From Saccostrea cucullata (taxonomy: Eukaryota), in assembly GCF_032062105.1 (NCBI RefSeq), contig NW_026926967.1:186001-250000 (forward strand): 64,000 nt of DNA, given 5' to 3'. Below, in pieces: positions 62,791 to 64,000 of the stretch. Numbering within the stretch: the first letter of the stretch is position 1; every line of letters begins with the position of its first letter. The translations under genes and the position numbers were made by a program. Below the pieces are notes generated by a model. The model was not told where the DNA came from. It worked only from the letters and a program-made list of their open reading frames with translations, and did not search any database.

Positions 62791-64000
62791 AACCAGAACT
62801 GAATCATCTACTTATTGAAAGAAAATTACTTATTTAGAATAAACATTTTTTTCTGATTTAAACTCGTACATAAGAACTAATCATTAGAAATTTTGTCAAG
62901 AGACATAATCTGTTATTTAATTTTACATACAATTATGATTTATTATTAGATTGTCTTTAAATCTAGTATTTTAACTGTAAATGGCAAAAAAATTTCTATA
63001 ACAAAAATCTAAGCTCAATTCAGAACATGTATTTCCACAGGAATATTAATCTTATATGAAAATATTTATATTTTACCTTATATTGATATTATATGACTAT
63101 ATTTGGTACTTACAGTTTAACTAATTTTTTCAGATGGGAAAACGCGTTGGTATCTATTCTACTTATCTGGTTATTTTGTAGATACCTGAGAAAATGATCA
63201 AGTTATAAAATATCAAGTAAAGAGTACATGATTATAATGAAATTATTGCGGACTGTTTTTTTAAACAATAACTTTCAAAGAATCTAGACTTGTCAATCCA
63301 CAAAAGAAATCATCATTTATAGAGGTTAAGATGTTGTCATTACAATAATAAAATATTAATGTATGTTTGCAGATATCATTGAATATGAAATGTTTAATTA
63401 CAAGAATTCAAACTACATGTAAGTTGAATTCAGAACAGAGTTTTTCTTTAGGAATATTTATCTTACATGAAAATATTCATATTTTACCTTTAATTGATAT
63501 TAAATAAATGTATGTGGAACTTACAGGTTAACTAATTTGTTCAGATGGGAAAACGCGTTCGTATATATTCTACTTATCCGGTTATGTTGTAGATACCTGA
63601 GAAAATTATTAAATTGTGAAATTTCAACGAAGGATTACATGATTGCAACGAATTTATTCTAGACTGTTTCTCAAAACAATAACTTACAAAGAATCTAGAC
63701 AAGTCAATCCAACAAAGAAATCATCATTTATAGAGGTTAAGATGTTGTCATCCAAATGTCTATAAAATGATATACTATCAATGTCAGGTACAATAATAAA
63801 ACAGATTGTTTGCAGATATCATTTTTATGTTTCAGTTCTAAGTTTCTAAACGATTAAAACATTATTTTATTAAGCGAATTTTTTTTATTTCTATAAATCT
63901 ATTTGGACTTATAAGGTTTTAAGACTTTCCAGCTCATAAAAAGCACAACTTTCAACCAATCTAATTGAATTCCCATTAAGTTTTCTGAGAAAAAAAAAGC

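Larger units (their letters stand above)
58220..63984 (-). pseudogene. Partial LRR-protein gene built from 72-nt exons (63913-63984, 63688-63759, 63525-63596, 63114-63185, 61703-61774, 61516-61587, 61291-61362, 60677-60748, 60272-60343) plus an LRRCT-like exon at ~58220-58440; probably continues beyond the window
   Basis: Each exon is AG|72 nt|GTAAGT and encodes one 24-aa LRR, e.g. YLQNNRISRIDTGAFSQLHELVKL. One donor reads ATAAGT and the LRRCT-like exon has an in-frame TAG, so coding status is uncertain. Confidence 0.85.

Overview
AT-rich, intron-containing animal DNA. The repeat families and genes suggest a bivalve such as an oyster (inference). The left 28 kb is a nest of mobile elements. 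A possible ~26-kb element with ACGT-rich inverted ends (2296-28494) contains a deleted minus-strand Ty3/Gypsy LTR retrotransposon (4139-10893), a Helentron/HINE-like element with a 108-bp satellite that is itself split by a TA-flanked TIR element, and a very young BEL/Pao element (19530-26850). The Gypsy element carries an AT-hook+PHD module behind integrase and an extra ORF3. ORF3 can be joined in frame by splicing to an ATG exon inside the 5' LTR, which is the most striking observation here. The right 35 kb is an innate-immunity-type neighbourhood. It holds an intact hemagglutinin/amebocyte aggregation factor (dermatopontin-family) gene, one intact and two decayed C1q-domain genes, and a minus-strand array of symmetric 72-nt LRR exons missed by the ORF track. 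MITEs, Kolobok/Sola-like elements and Nin/Deu-type SINEs are scattered throughout. All calls were made by eye with no database searches.
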